NCBI GenBank assembly: GCA_030605835.1
Contig: JAUWHO010000023.1
Coordinates: 201,834-265,833 of the forward strand
Origin: Candidatus Zixiibacteriota bacterium
GTDB taxonomy: Bacteria > Zixibacteria > MSB-5A5 > DG-27
Length of the DNA: 64,000 nt
Reading direction: 5' to 3'
The translations under genes and the position numbers were made by a program. Under the pieces are notes generated by a model. That model saw nothing but the letters and a program-made list of their open reading frames with translations. It was not told where the DNA came from and searched no databases. Below are positions 8,762 to 17,683 of the stretch, one piece after another (the stretch's first letter is position 1; every line of letters starts with the position of its first letter).

Positions 8762-10237
8762 TCAGGCCCTTCCGAAAACCGCCTTCAAGGTCACCCACCT
8801 CTTGATGATCTCTTCATCCCTGGGAGTCAACATCTTCAGGAGTTTCAGGAAACCTATGTAGATAACCGCATAGGCTGACCCCACCAGGAGCAGTTTCCCC
8901 AGACCGGAAGCTTGATATGCCATCAGAAAATAAATCAACCAGCCACAAGCGAAAGCCAATGTGAATTGCTTCAACAGTACCCTCCAGGGGAATACCCCTT
9001 TTATGTCGACCTTCAAGATGTTCTTTATCACCACCAGGTAATAGCTCACTCCGGTAAAGCGGGTGATGATCGTCGCCACCGCCGGGCCCCGAGGGCCCAT
9101 AAACTTCACCAGGATGAGGCTTAAAGACAGGTTCAGGGTAAGTTCCATCAAGGTCACATACAGTATATGTTTGGTATTCTTGGTCGCCCTCAGGATGCTT
9201 CCGTAGGCGGTGATTTGGGTCGGCAAGAGGAGAAGATATATCTTGAAAATGGAGCTGCTCGCCAGATAGGTATCCGTGAATAGCGCCGTAATCACCTCCC
9301 GCGCGAAGAAAAAGCACAGGGAGAAGATGGCAAACATTATCAGAGCGACTTGGCGGATCGATTCGTGCCACAGTTTTAACACCTCCTCGCTTTTCCCTTC
9401 CTTGTAAAACTCTACATATCTGGGCAGCAAAATCCCACCAAGGGTGTAGGCGAAGATGTTCACGAAGGGGAGCTGCATCGCCCCGCGGTCGTAGATGGCA
9501 TACTCCTTAGGGGTATAGAAGAAACTGATGACGAACCTGTCCACCGCCCGGGCTAAGGTCCCGGAGAGACGTGAACCCCCAATCGGTGCTGAGTATTTCA
9601 GCTGTTCCCTCAGATTGTCCCCCTTCCGAAGGCTTCCGATCTCCCCGGAGAGTTTCAAGATGTAACCCAGAAGGAATATTGCTTGAGCGAAATAGTAGAC
9701 CAGCATTGAGGTTAGGATTCCCTTCAGGGGCATCCCTAAGAATACTGGGATTGACACGAAGAGGAAGAAAAGGGCACTGAAGATGACATTTACTAAAGCC
9801 AAGGATTTACCTTTTCCGAGAGAGAGGAAGGTGGAGTCCAGCATCTGGTAGGAGGCCAGGCCGATGAAGTAGAAGCCAAAGATCAAAGCCAGCTCAGCCA
9901 ATCTGGGGTTGTTCATCCACTGCCCCAGGGGATTTCTGACGGCGATGATGACTATAGTGGTGACAATCCCCAGGAGGTTCAAAAGCAGTAGGGTCCTTAA
10001 CAGGAAGCGCTTCTTGTTCTCGCTTCGGGGCAGAAAATAGTAGATCGAATCCGGCAGGCCGAAGGCGATGAAAATAGAAACGGTAATGCAGATTAGCATG
10101 ACCTGCTGGTAGGTGCCGTAATCGGAGAGGTCCATCCTGCGAGTCAAGATCATCGCCAATGCCAAGATCGATATTGGCTCGAAGAACTTGCTTATGATTA
10201 CGAAGATGGCCTGGTCGGCTAACTTAGTTTTCGACAT
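8762..10237 (-). CDS. Polysaccharide biosynthesis protein / Wzx flippase (MOP superfamily)
   Basis: Twelve or more TM helices and a polysaccharide-transporter-like N-terminus, MSKTKLADQAIFVIISKF. The ATG at 10237 is preferred over the track's TTG at 10252. Confidence 0.75.
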   Translation of the reverse strand: MSKTKLADQAIFVIISKFFEPISILALAMILTRRMDLSDYGTYQQVMLICITVSIFIAFGLPDSIYYFLPRSENKKRFLLRTLLLLNLLGIVTTIVIIAVRNPLGQWMNNPRLAELALIFGFYFIGLASYQMLDSTFLSLGKGKSLALVNVIFSALFFLFVSIPVFLGMPLKGILTSMLVYYFAQAIFLLGYILKLSGEIGSLRKGDNLREQLKYSAPIGGSRLSGTLARAVDRFVISFFYTPKEYAIYDRGAMQLPFVNIFAYTLGGILLPRYVEFYKEGKSEEVLKLWHESIRQVALIMFAIFSLCFFFAREVITALFTDTYLASSSIFKIYLLLLPTQITAYGSILRATKNTKHILYVTLMELTLNLSLSLILVKFMGPRGPAVATIITRFTGVSYYLVVIKNILKVDIKGVFPWRVLLKQFTLAFACGWLIYFLMAYQASGLGKLLLVGSAYAVIYIGFLKLLKMLTPRDEEIIKRWVTLKAVFGRA

Positions 10238-10256
10238 GTCGCTCTGCCCCAATACA

Positions 10257-10282
10257 AAAGCCGCCCCGTGCGGGGCTTTTCA
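10257..10282. terminator. GC-rich hairpin (GCCCCG-TG-CGGGGC) flanked by A4/T4, between the T9SS cargo gene and the glycan operon
   Basis: Sequence aaaagccgccccgtgcggggcttttc read directly from the window. Confidence 0.4.
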
Positions 10283-10387
10283 TCCTCCCAAAGGCATTAT
10301 CGGAAAGGGGAGAGTTGCTCTTAAGGGTCGTGGTTCAGGGGTTGTCAGGCAGGAATGCCTGACCTATTCAGGGTGCAGGCAGAGAGC

Positions 10388-12010
10388 CTATTTAAGCAGG
10401 ATCATCTTCCTGGTCTGGGTTGACTCCCTGGAGATAAGACGGTAGAGATAGATGCCGGAGGCAAATCCTTCGCCATTCCATTGAACCACGTGTTTACCCG
10501 CCTTTTGTCTCCCCTCCTGCAGAGTGGCAATGAGCGAACCGGCTAAGTCAAATACCTTTAGAGAAACATCTCCATCTCTGTCCAACCAGTATTCAATCCG
10601 AGTTTGAGCATTGAAGGGATTGGGATAATTCTGGGCTAAATAGAGCTCTTCCGGCAAACTTGAAATGTCGAAATCCCCGATCTCCTCTGGTATCTCCGTC
10701 ACCGCCGCCCGCAGCATGAAATCCCCGGAGTTCCACTCGCTCCAGTTCTCCCCAAAGCGGAAAAAAGAGCGCAAATCAGGGTCGCTCTCGTCGGTTCCTA
10801 CCTTTGGGGTTTCGGGGGAGTCAGGCAACCAGTTGAAGACTATGAAGAAATCCTCGAAGCCGATTGTCGGTCTCTCCTCCTCGGGGATCTCGAAATTCAC
10901 CCACTCTGGAGGTGCAACTGCATTAATTCGATAGGGGCCAGCTAAGATATTCGCGGGGAAACCATCAACAGCATCATATACCGCCAGTTCGAATTGCTGC
11001 ACGTCATCAACATAGGCGCAACACCAAGATACCTCCACCGGATAGACCGGGGGAGTCATCCTCACAGCGCAGGAGTTATTATCATAATATGAAGAGTCAA
11101 CCGAGAAAAAGGACTCCGCCTGTCCGTCGTCATATCTTATTCCCCATCCCTCCACCACCTCGAAGATGATAGGGTCGGAAGAACCTCCCTCCGGAAAGTA
11201 GCCGCCATTCCGCTTGGGGGAATTATCGACCGCCCAGATGTAATACCAGACCTCAGTGCCCGCTTCTTGAGAGGGGATATAAGCCCTGTATCGGTCATCC
11301 CCGAGGCTGTCCATTTGGGTCTCCGTCCAGTCTGTTTGATTGACTGAATAATGAACAGAGGCTCGCCTGACTCCGGACTGGTCAGTGATAGTCGCCTCCA
11401 CCAGGTAATCCCCTCCCTTGGTAAAGCCCATGGGGATGTCTGCATGTAGTATCAGCGGGGGGAGCAAATCCTCGGCTTCATAGTAAATTACCCAGGCACG
11501 TATACTGAGATCATTATCACTCAGAACCACCCAATCTTCGTTGGGAAGCTTATACTTGGAGCGGCTTTCGGTGCCGCCGTCATCATCCCCGACCACAAAT
11601 GGTGGCGGCTCGCGAGTATATTCTATCCCGAGGTGGAAATCGCCCGAACCGATATCAATCTTCGACTCGAAATCTATCTCCTGGTATGATAGATTGCCAT
11701 ACAAGAAAACCTCCTTGGAGAGAATTGGATCTCCTGCAGGATAGCCGAACCCATCATCGAGCCAGAGGTGCAACCTGGCTGGGCCGGGTCCCCCTTCTGA
11801 GACCACTTCGCAATAACTGAGAGTACAAGGTCGTGAAGGCGTGAACCTCACTGCCCACTGAATTCCGACCTCGGTGAGCTCGTCCCAGACAAACATGGGG
11901 TCGGTGTCGTATGCGATAACTTCCTCCGCGGGGGTCTTTGTGTTTCCGAGACAGAGAAAGGCGAGTGCGACAAAGATGAACTTAAAGTGGCTTCGCGAAC
12001 TCTTCTTCAT
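10388..12010 (-). CDS. Secreted hypothetical protein with a T9SS C-terminal sorting domain
   Basis: Signal peptide MKKSSRSHFKFIFVALAFLCLGN. C-terminus YPNPFNAQTRIEYWL...LKVFDLAGSLIATL...GIYLYRLISRESTQTRKMILLK matches the Por/T9SS sorting domain. Confidence 0.6.
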   Translation of the reverse strand: MKKSSRSHFKFIFVALAFLCLGNTKTPAEEVIAYDTDPMFVWDELTEVGIQWAVRFTPSRPCTLSYCEVVSEGGPGPARLHLWLDDGFGYPAGDPILSKEVFLYGNLSYQEIDFESKIDIGSGDFHLGIEYTREPPPFVVGDDDGGTESRSKYKLPNEDWVVLSDNDLSIRAWVIYYEAEDLLPPLILHADIPMGFTKGGDYLVEATITDQSGVRRASVHYSVNQTDWTETQMDSLGDDRYRAYIPSQEAGTEVWYYIWAVDNSPKRNGGYFPEGGSSDPIIFEVVEGWGIRYDDGQAESFFSVDSSYYDNNSCAVRMTPPVYPVEVSWCCAYVDDVQQFELAVYDAVDGFPANILAGPYRINAVAPPEWVNFEIPEEERPTIGFEDFFIVFNWLPDSPETPKVGTDESDPDLRSFFRFGENWSEWNSGDFMLRAAVTEIPEEIGDFDISSLPEELYLAQNYPNPFNAQTRIEYWLDRDGDVSLKVFDLAGSLIATLQEGRQKAGKHVVQWNGEGFASGIYLYRLISRESTQTRKMILLK

Positions 12011-12044
12011 TGGTCTATCCGGAAAGAAAATGGCCTAACCATCT

Positions 12045-12935
12045 CTATTTGATCAAGACCACCTTTGTGGTCTGTTCCAGCTTGTCGCATTCGAGTTTCA
12101 GGAAGTAAAGGCCGCTTCCCACCTGCTCGCCGCCGTCGTCCCTGCTGTCCCAGGATATCTGATTCACCCCACCTGCAGAGTCAACTGAGAACTGACCGTC
12201 GAACAGAGTGCGGACCAATCTCCCGGTGAGGTCATAGATCTTCAGTGAGTGTTTTGAGCTTGACCTCAGATTGGGCAGCCGATATATTATCTTCGTTGTC
12301 GAGTTAAAAGGGTTGGGAAAGCTCTCGATCCGACAGATCTGTCTGGGGGAGAGGTAAGTTTTTGAGTCATCGTCAGATATGCCAGTGGTCCTCTCCGAGG
12401 CGAAATAGATGTGGGGTTTTTCCTCTCTACAGTCGAAAAAGGAGACGCTTGCCCCCACCTCGGGATTGAAAGCCAAAGCGGGTTCGCCGTGTTGGAATAA
12501 TCCCTGACCATCGTCGTTGACCTGTGAAGGGCCAGACCAGGTGTCACCGTTGTTGCGGGAGCTGGTGGAGAAAATCTTGGCAGCATCTGGCCCGGTCAGC
12601 CAGACAACATATAGATTGCCCAAATCATCAGAGGTGATGGAAGGACAACTCGCTTGAGAATAGAGATTATCGTTAAGCTGGAAGGAGAGTGACCAACTCA
12701 TTCCACCGTCGGGCGACTTCGACACATAGACGTTCTCTGCTCCACCGCCGGAGTTATCCGACCAGACGCAGAAGAGCTCCCCCTCCGGAGTGGAGGTCAA
12801 ATCCGAGAAGTAGGGATTAGCTGCACAGCTGCCGTCATCCACTCGGACGTTGGGCTCGAAATCCTGGGCACCTGTAAAAGAGGTGAGGACTAGTGCCCCC
12901 CAAAGCACCAAAAGCAGGATCCCTTTGCTTCGCAT
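12045..12935 (-). CDS. BNR/sialidase-like repeat secreted protein with a T9SS C-terminal sorting domain
   Basis: Signal peptide; BNR motifs SPDGGMSWS and SRNNGDTWS (SxDxGxTW); C-terminus FPNPFNSTTKIIYRLP...LKIYDLTGRLVRTL...KVVLIK. Confidence 0.6.
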   Translation of the reverse strand: MRSKGILLLVLWGALVLTSFTGAQDFEPNVRVDDGSCAANPYFSDLTSTPEGELFCVWSDNSGGGAENVYVSKSPDGGMSWSLSFQLNDNLYSQASCPSITSDDLGNLYVVWLTGPDAAKIFSTSSRNNGDTWSGPSQVNDDGQGLFQHGEPALAFNPEVGASVSFFDCREEKPHIYFASERTTGISDDDSKTYLSPRQICRIESFPNPFNSTTKIIYRLPNLRSSSKHSLKIYDLTGRLVRTLFDGQFSVDSAGGVNQISWDSRDDGGEQVGSGLYFLKLECDKLEQTTKVVLIK

Positions 12936-13044
12936 CTAGATCAAAAAGCGGTTCACCTTAGGTTAACTAGAGAATATAATATTCGCCGGAAAAAATCAAA
13001 CCTAAAAAGTCTCGTCTGACTTTCTAATTCTAAAGGAGTAAGAG

Positions 13045-13530
13045 ATGGTCAAAAGCCTCGTTTCCACTCTCGTTTTCCTGCTCGTGATCGCCTTATTTGT
13101 GACCTGCGGGGAGAGAGAAATCTCAGAGAGAGAAAAAATCGACACCGGCATGGAGCTGCTTGGCAAACTCGACGCCAAGATGCTCACCGAGGAGACCGGA
13201 TATGCCCTCGGAAGCCCGGTGGAGCTGAAGATGGAGATCAAGAATATCTCCGAGGAGGTCGTCAACCTGAAATTCCCGACAAATCAGAGATACGACTTCT
13301 TCATCTTCAAGAAGGGGGATCTGGTGTGGAGGTGGTCTTACGATAAGCCCTTTGAGGAGGTACACGGAAGTGTAGATCTCCGTTCCGGCGAAAGCTTGGC
13401 ATTCACCGAAACGTGGGACACCGCCAAATTAGAGGAGAAACATCCTGGTGGAGAGTATCAGGTCGTGGGGGTATTAACCACCGCGTTCCCGATAGCCACG
13501 AATTTCATTGCGATAGGTCTGGCTGACTGA
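13045..13530 (+). CDS. BsuPI-like (intracellular proteinase inhibitor domain) lipoprotein
   Basis: Lipobox-like LVIALFVTCG. The core LKMEIKNISEEVVNLKFPTNQRYDFFIFKKGDLVWRWSYDKPFEEVHGSVDLRSGESLAFTETWDT aligns to the BsuPI fold, and GGAG precedes the ATG. Confidence 0.55.
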   Translation: MVKSLVSTLVFLLVIALFVTCGEREISEREKIDTGMELLGKLDAKMLTEETGYALGSPVELKMEIKNISEEVVNLKFPTNQRYDFFIFKKGDLVWRWSYDKPFEEVHGSVDLRSGESLAFTETWDTAKLEEKHPGGEYQVVGVLTTAFPIATNFIAIGLAD

Positions 13531-13702
13531 CAAGTGCGCGCTTCCGATAATTCTCATGGGAGGTAGAAACTCAAGTTCAAAGAAATTGACATCAAATCGA
13601 CGGCAGACTATTATTCTCTTGAAGGATAGTCACATCGTGAACGCCTGCTTTTTCTGCTGAAAATCGTTATCTGAAGCCGCCGTTTATGGTGTATAGTAAA
13701 AT

Positions 13703-14014
13703 ATGCTTAAAATAGACTGGATAAAAAACCGAGTTAGAAAAGGTGAATATTATTTCTCAAAGCATGCAGACCTCGAAAGACAGAATGATAATTTAACTAT
13801 AAAAGAGATTGAAGAAGCCTTACTTACAGGCAGAATCATAGAACAGTATGAGGATACAGGCAGGGGAGAAAGTTGCTTAGTTGCAGGTTTTACAGAAATG
13901 GGTAAGCCGATTCACGTTGTATGTGGAGCAAGGGGAGACTGGTTAGTGGTCATAACCGTTTACATTCCCCGCCCACCAAAGTTTAAAGCACCTTACGAGA
14001 GAGGTGAAAGATGA
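13703..14014 (+). CDS. DUF4258 family protein (putative toxin of a type II TA-like pair)
   Basis: 103 aa; ...KPIHVVCGARGDWLVVITVYIP resembles DUF4258; low local GC; overlaps the downstream gene by 4 bp. Confidence 0.55.
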   Translation: MLKIDWIKNRVRKGEYYFSKHADLERQNDNLTIKEIEEALLTGRIIEQYEDTGRGESCLVAGFTEMGKPIHVVCGARGDWLVVITVYIPRPPKFKAPYERGER

Positions 14015-14262
14015 ACAAAACATGCAACTTTTGTGGAAACAAAAACTTCCGAGAAAAGCATGTTCAATATATTTACAGGCACGACACTCAACTTCTTATT
14101 GTGAATAACGTGCCGTGTGAGGAGTGCGAATATTGCGGGGAGCAATATTTCAAGGCAGAGGTGTTGAAAAAGATTGAGAAGAGTTTCGGAGAGATTATTC
14201 TTTCCGGAAAGGCGGCTAAGAAGGAAATCAAAGTCCCCGTGGAAGAATTCACGGAGATTTGA
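14011..14262 (+). CDS. YgiT-type (MqsA-like) zinc-ribbon protein without HTH (putative antitoxin)
   Basis: CNFCG...VPCEECEYCGEQYF, a four-Cys zinc ribbon characteristic of the YgiT-type domain; its ATG overlaps the stop of the previous gene. Confidence 0.6.
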   Translation: MNKTCNFCGNKNFREKHVQYIYRHDTQLLIVNNVPCEECEYCGEQYFKAEVLKKIEKSFGEIILSGKAAKKEIKVPVEEFTEI

Positions 14263-14368
14263 AAACCCGACCTCAGATAATACCTCCGAAACGACAGAGC
14301 TTAACTTACTTCCCAAAAAATACAGTTCCGTCAGCACCGAACCATGGCGTGTCCTGTCGGTCAGTCCA

Positions 14369-15475
14369 ATGACCTCTACAGAGAAGATTAGAAGAATCGA
14401 TGGCAGTTACGGTGAAGGCGGTGGACAGATCCTGAGGAGCTCTTTGGCTCTTGCCTCTTTGCTGAAACAGCCGATCGAGATATTCAATATCAGGAAGGGG
14501 CGGTCCAAACCGGGTCTGGCACCCCAACACCTGACCGCGGTTTCGGCCTCCCGGAGGATCACTTCCGCGGAGCTGGAGGGTGCTCAGTTAGAATCACAGT
14601 CCCTGAAGTTCGCTCCCAATGACGTTGCTGCTGGAGATTACTATTTCGATGTCGCCGAGCTTCGGCGGAGCGCTGGCAGCACTTCTCTAGTCTTTCAAAC
14701 TTTACTTCTACCATTGAGTTTCACTTCCAAAGCCTCCACTTTAATCTTGAAGGGAGGCACCCATGTCCCTTTTAGTCCCCCCTTCGACTATCTGCAGGAG
14801 GCGTTTCTCCCGACGCTGAGAAAACTGGGAATCCACTGTGACGCCGAAATCCGCAAGTGGGGATATTATCCAGTCGGTGGAGGGGAGGTCTTCTTCGAAA
14901 TAGAACCCGCCTCCGGAATCAGGCCGATTGAGATAGAAGAGCCGGGGAGGTTAAAGGAGATATCGGTCCTCTCCGCAGTCAGCAACCTTCCAGACCACAT
15001 CGCCCAGAGGCAAGCCAAGAGCGCTTCCGACTTCTTGAAGAAGATGGGATTGAACCCGACGCTGAAAATCAAAAAAACCCTCTCCGCGCGACAGGGAACC
15101 TCCGTTTTCGTTCTGGCGGAGTTCGAAAACGTCTTTGCCGGCTTCTCCTCTTTAGGGCAAAGGGGGAAGCCTGCGGAGAAGGTGGCTTTGGAGGCTTGTG
15201 AGCTATTCAAAGAATACTGGGATTCTCGGTGCGCTTTTGAGCCTCATCTGGCAGACCAGATAATCTTATATCTAGCGCTGGGGAAGGAAGCATCACGATT
15301 CACTGTCAGCAAGATTACTCAACATCTATTGACAAACGCCTGGGTGGTGAGGCAGTTCCTTCCGGTGGAGATCGAGGTCAAAGGGCGGGTAGGGGAAAAA
15401 GGGGAGGTCAGAATAAGAGGCTGTAACATCACAAGGAGATTGCAGGAATCGAACTCTCAAAACAGAGGCGGTTGA
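14369..15475 (+). CDS. rtcA: RNA 3'-terminal phosphate cyclase
   Basis: IDGSYGEGGGQILRSSLALASLL hallmark motif; 368 aa. The ORF track's N-terminal extension (from 14174) overlaps the Zn-ribbon gene in another frame and is spurious. Confidence 0.85.
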   Translation: MTSTEKIRRIDGSYGEGGGQILRSSLALASLLKQPIEIFNIRKGRSKPGLAPQHLTAVSASRRITSAELEGAQLESQSLKFAPNDVAAGDYYFDVAELRRSAGSTSLVFQTLLLPLSFTSKASTLILKGGTHVPFSPPFDYLQEAFLPTLRKLGIHCDAEIRKWGYYPVGGGEVFFEIEPASGIRPIEIEEPGRLKEISVLSAVSNLPDHIAQRQAKSASDFLKKMGLNPTLKIKKTLSARQGTSVFVLAEFENVFAGFSSLGQRGKPAEKVALEACELFKEYWDSRCAFEPHLADQIILYLALGKEASRFTVSKITQHLLTNAWVVRQFLPVEIEVKGRVGEKGEVRIRGCNITRRLQESNSQNRGG

Positions 15476-15555
15476 TCCCCATATACGATTTCTCGCATTT
15501 TTGCCGAATTAGTCTTTTTGATTCTGAGTCATCTGCGACGGTATTTAGTAGCAAA

Positions 15556-15595
15556 GAAAAGAGAGGCAGGATAGTCTCGCCTCTCTCTTGTCAGT
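15556..15595. terminator. Bidirectional intrinsic terminator between convergent rtcA and gdhA
   Basis: AGAGAGGC...GCCTCTCT stem; a T-rich tail on the minus strand (tttctttgc) and an A-tract on the plus side. Confidence 0.5.
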
Positions 15596-15662
15596 GCAAC
15601 TGGTGAGGGGTTTCCAGGCTGATTTTGTCACCCTGTGGTGGTCTCAAGCCACGTCTTTCTTA

Positions 15663-16916
15663 TTAGACCCAACCACGTAACTTCATCACCTCAGCCACTC
15701 TTTCGATGGCAACCATATAGGCCGCCATGCGCATGTGGACGTTGTGTTTTTTCTGCATGCTGTAAACATCGTGGAAGGCTCTGGTCATCTTCTTGTCCAA
15801 TCTCTGGTGCACATCCTCCACCTCCCAGTAGTAATTGTAGGCGTTCTGGACGCATTCGAAGTAGCTGACCGTCACGCCACCGGCGTTGCACAAAAAATCA
15901 GGGATGTCGAAGACCCCGTTTCTAAACAGGATGTCGTCCGCCTCCGGAGTGGTGGGGCCATTTGCCAGCTCGGCCACGATCTTAGCCTTGATGTTATTGG
16001 CGTTATCCTTGGTGATGACGTTCTCTAAAGCGGAGGGGTAAAGCACATCGACGTCTAGCTCTAGAATCTCCTCGTTGGAGATCTCCTCGGCGCCATCGAA
16101 GCCGGCGACCTTGCCGGTCTTGAGCTTGAAGTCCACCAGCTTCTGAGCATCCATGCCCTTTTCGTTGTAAATGCCGCCTCTGGAGTCGGAGATCGCGACC
16201 ACCTTCGAACCCAAAATCTCCTGAGCCAAGGTGGCGGCAAATTGCCCCGCATTTCCGAACCCCTGAATGGCGCAAGTGGATCCCTGGGTGTTTAGGCCCA
16301 AAACCTTGGCGGCCTCCCGCACCGTGAAGATACCGCCTCTGGCGGTGGCATCGCCTCTTCCCGCAGAACCTCCCAGCGGCAGGGGCTTGCCAGTGATGAC
16401 CCCGGGCTCATGATAGCCGGTGATCTTCTCATATTCGTCCATCATCCAGGCCATATCCTGGGGATTGGTGTAGACGTCCGGAGCTGGCACATCCTTGGTG
16501 AGGCCTAAGATTCTGCCGACTTGGTCGATATAGCCGCGGCAGACCCTCTCCTTCTCAGTGGTGCTGAGCTCCTTGGGGTTGCAAACCACTCCCCCCTTTC
16601 CACCACCCAAAGGCAGGTCTAAAAGCGCCGTCTTCCAGGTCATCCAGGCCGCCAGAGCCCTGACGGTGTCGATAGTCTCGGATGGATGAAAGCGTAACCC
16701 TCCTTTGCAGGGTCCTCTGGCATCATTATACTGGACTCTGAAACCGTGAAAGACCTTGGTGGTGCCATCGTCCATCCGCACCGGGAAATGGGTGTGGAGT
16801 TCCCGCATCGGCCACCTTAAAACCTCGTGGAGGCCGGGCTCCAGTCTCAGTTTCTCGGCGGCCATATCCAGTTGCTGTTGGGCAATCTTGAAGGGGTTTA
16901 AGGTTTGATCGGACAT
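15663..16916 (-). CDS. gdhA: Glutamate dehydrogenase (Glu/Leu/Phe/Val dehydrogenase family)
   Basis: [21 protein letters not shown]...[10 protein letters not shown] signature; GGAGG RBS 7 nt upstream of the ATG. Confidence 0.9.
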   Translation of the reverse strand: MSDQTLNPFKIAQQQLDMAAEKLRLEPGLHEVLRWPMRELHTHFPVRMDDGTTKVFHGFRVQYNDARGPCKGGLRFHPSETIDTVRALAAWMTWKTALLDLPLGGGKGGVVCNPKELSTTEKERVCRGYIDQVGRILGLTKDVPAPDVYTNPQDMAWMMDEYEKITGYHEPGVITGKPLPLGGSAGRGDATARGGIFTVREAAKVLGLNTQGSTCAIQGFGNAGQFAATLAQEILGSKVVAISDSRGGIYNEKGMDAQKLVDFKLKTGKVAGFDGAEEISNEEILELDVDVLYPSALENVITKDNANNIKAKIVAELANGPTTPEADDILFRNGVFDIPDFLCNAGGVTVSYFECVQNAYNYYWEVEDVHQRLDKKMTRAFHDVYSMQKKHNVHMRMAAYMVAIERVAEVMKLRGWV

Positions 16917-16995
16917 AAAAAAACCTCCTGAAAGGTTATCTTTGGGTGTTACTTCTTCTGCTCTTACCTTAAAGTGTACAAAGAGTTTAGCCGTA

Positions 16996-17024
16996 AAAAT
17001 AATTGTTTAGCCCCTTTTGTCAAG
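16996..17024 (-). promoter_or_regulatory. Putative sigma70-type promoter for gdhA (TTGACA-17-TATTTT) overlapped by two GGCTAAAC direct repeats
   Basis: The reverse complement of 16996-17024 reads TTGACA...TATTTT. gtttagcc occurs at 16985-16992 and 17005-17012. Confidence 0.35.
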
Positions 17025-17205
17025 CAGTTTCTGAGAAATGCTTCACAAACCGCCGGTATTTCTCAGTAGCTGCGGCGATATGGGATTTCCTGTAAAGGAG
17101 AAGATGTTTGAGGTGTTATCCTTCAGATTGGGATTGGATTAGCTCCAATAGAACCGGGGAGTTAGGAGGTTTCTTTCTCAGTGAAATTCGGGGCGCTCCC
17201 CCATT

Positions 17206-17559
17206 TCAACAGCTCAGAAGCTCCCTGATTTTCCCTTTCAGCTTCTCTAAGTCAACGGACTTGATGATATAGGCGTCGGCAATCCAGCTGCTGAAATTGT
17301 GCTTGTAGGTGGTGTAGGCGCTGCTTAAGATAACCGGCAGGTGTTCATCGTAGCTCTTTATCTGCTCCAGGACTTGAAGCCCACCAAGATCCGGTGACTT
17401 CAGATCCAGCACAACAAGCTGGGGGGAGAGCTCCTTGACCCTGTCGATAGTCCGATCCCCGCCGGAGGTTGTCTCCACCAAGTAGCCCTCCTGTTCCAAC
17501 TCGTTCAGGTAAAGCTGTTGCAAGTTCATTTCGTCTTCGACAATCAATATCCGCTTCAC
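17206..17559 (-). CDS. Stand-alone response regulator receiver (CheY-like)
   Basis: MKRILIVEDE...VVLDLKSPDLGG; REC domain only; downstream of the kinase. Confidence 0.8.
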   Translation of the reverse strand: MKRILIVEDEMNLQQLYLNELEQEGYLVETTSGGDRTIDRVKELSPQLVVLDLKSPDLGGLQVLEQIKSYDEHLPVILSSAYTTYKHNFSSWIADAYIIKSVDLEKLKGKIRELLSC

Positions 17560-17683
17560 AATTGCTCCTCCTTGTTGAATCCTCCAGCCCTCTTAGGAGG
17601 CGGCAACCCTCCGAGAGATCAATACCGCCATCCCTGACGGGGAGAGAGCACCCAAATATCCTCTATGCTCCTCTTTCTGTCTG

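Noticed and set aside
14174-14368. N-terminal 65-aa extension of the rtcA ORF in the six-frame track
   Set aside because: It overlaps the Zn-ribbon gene in another frame and is Arg/Ser-rich junk. The conserved RtcA N-terminus begins at the ATG at 14369.
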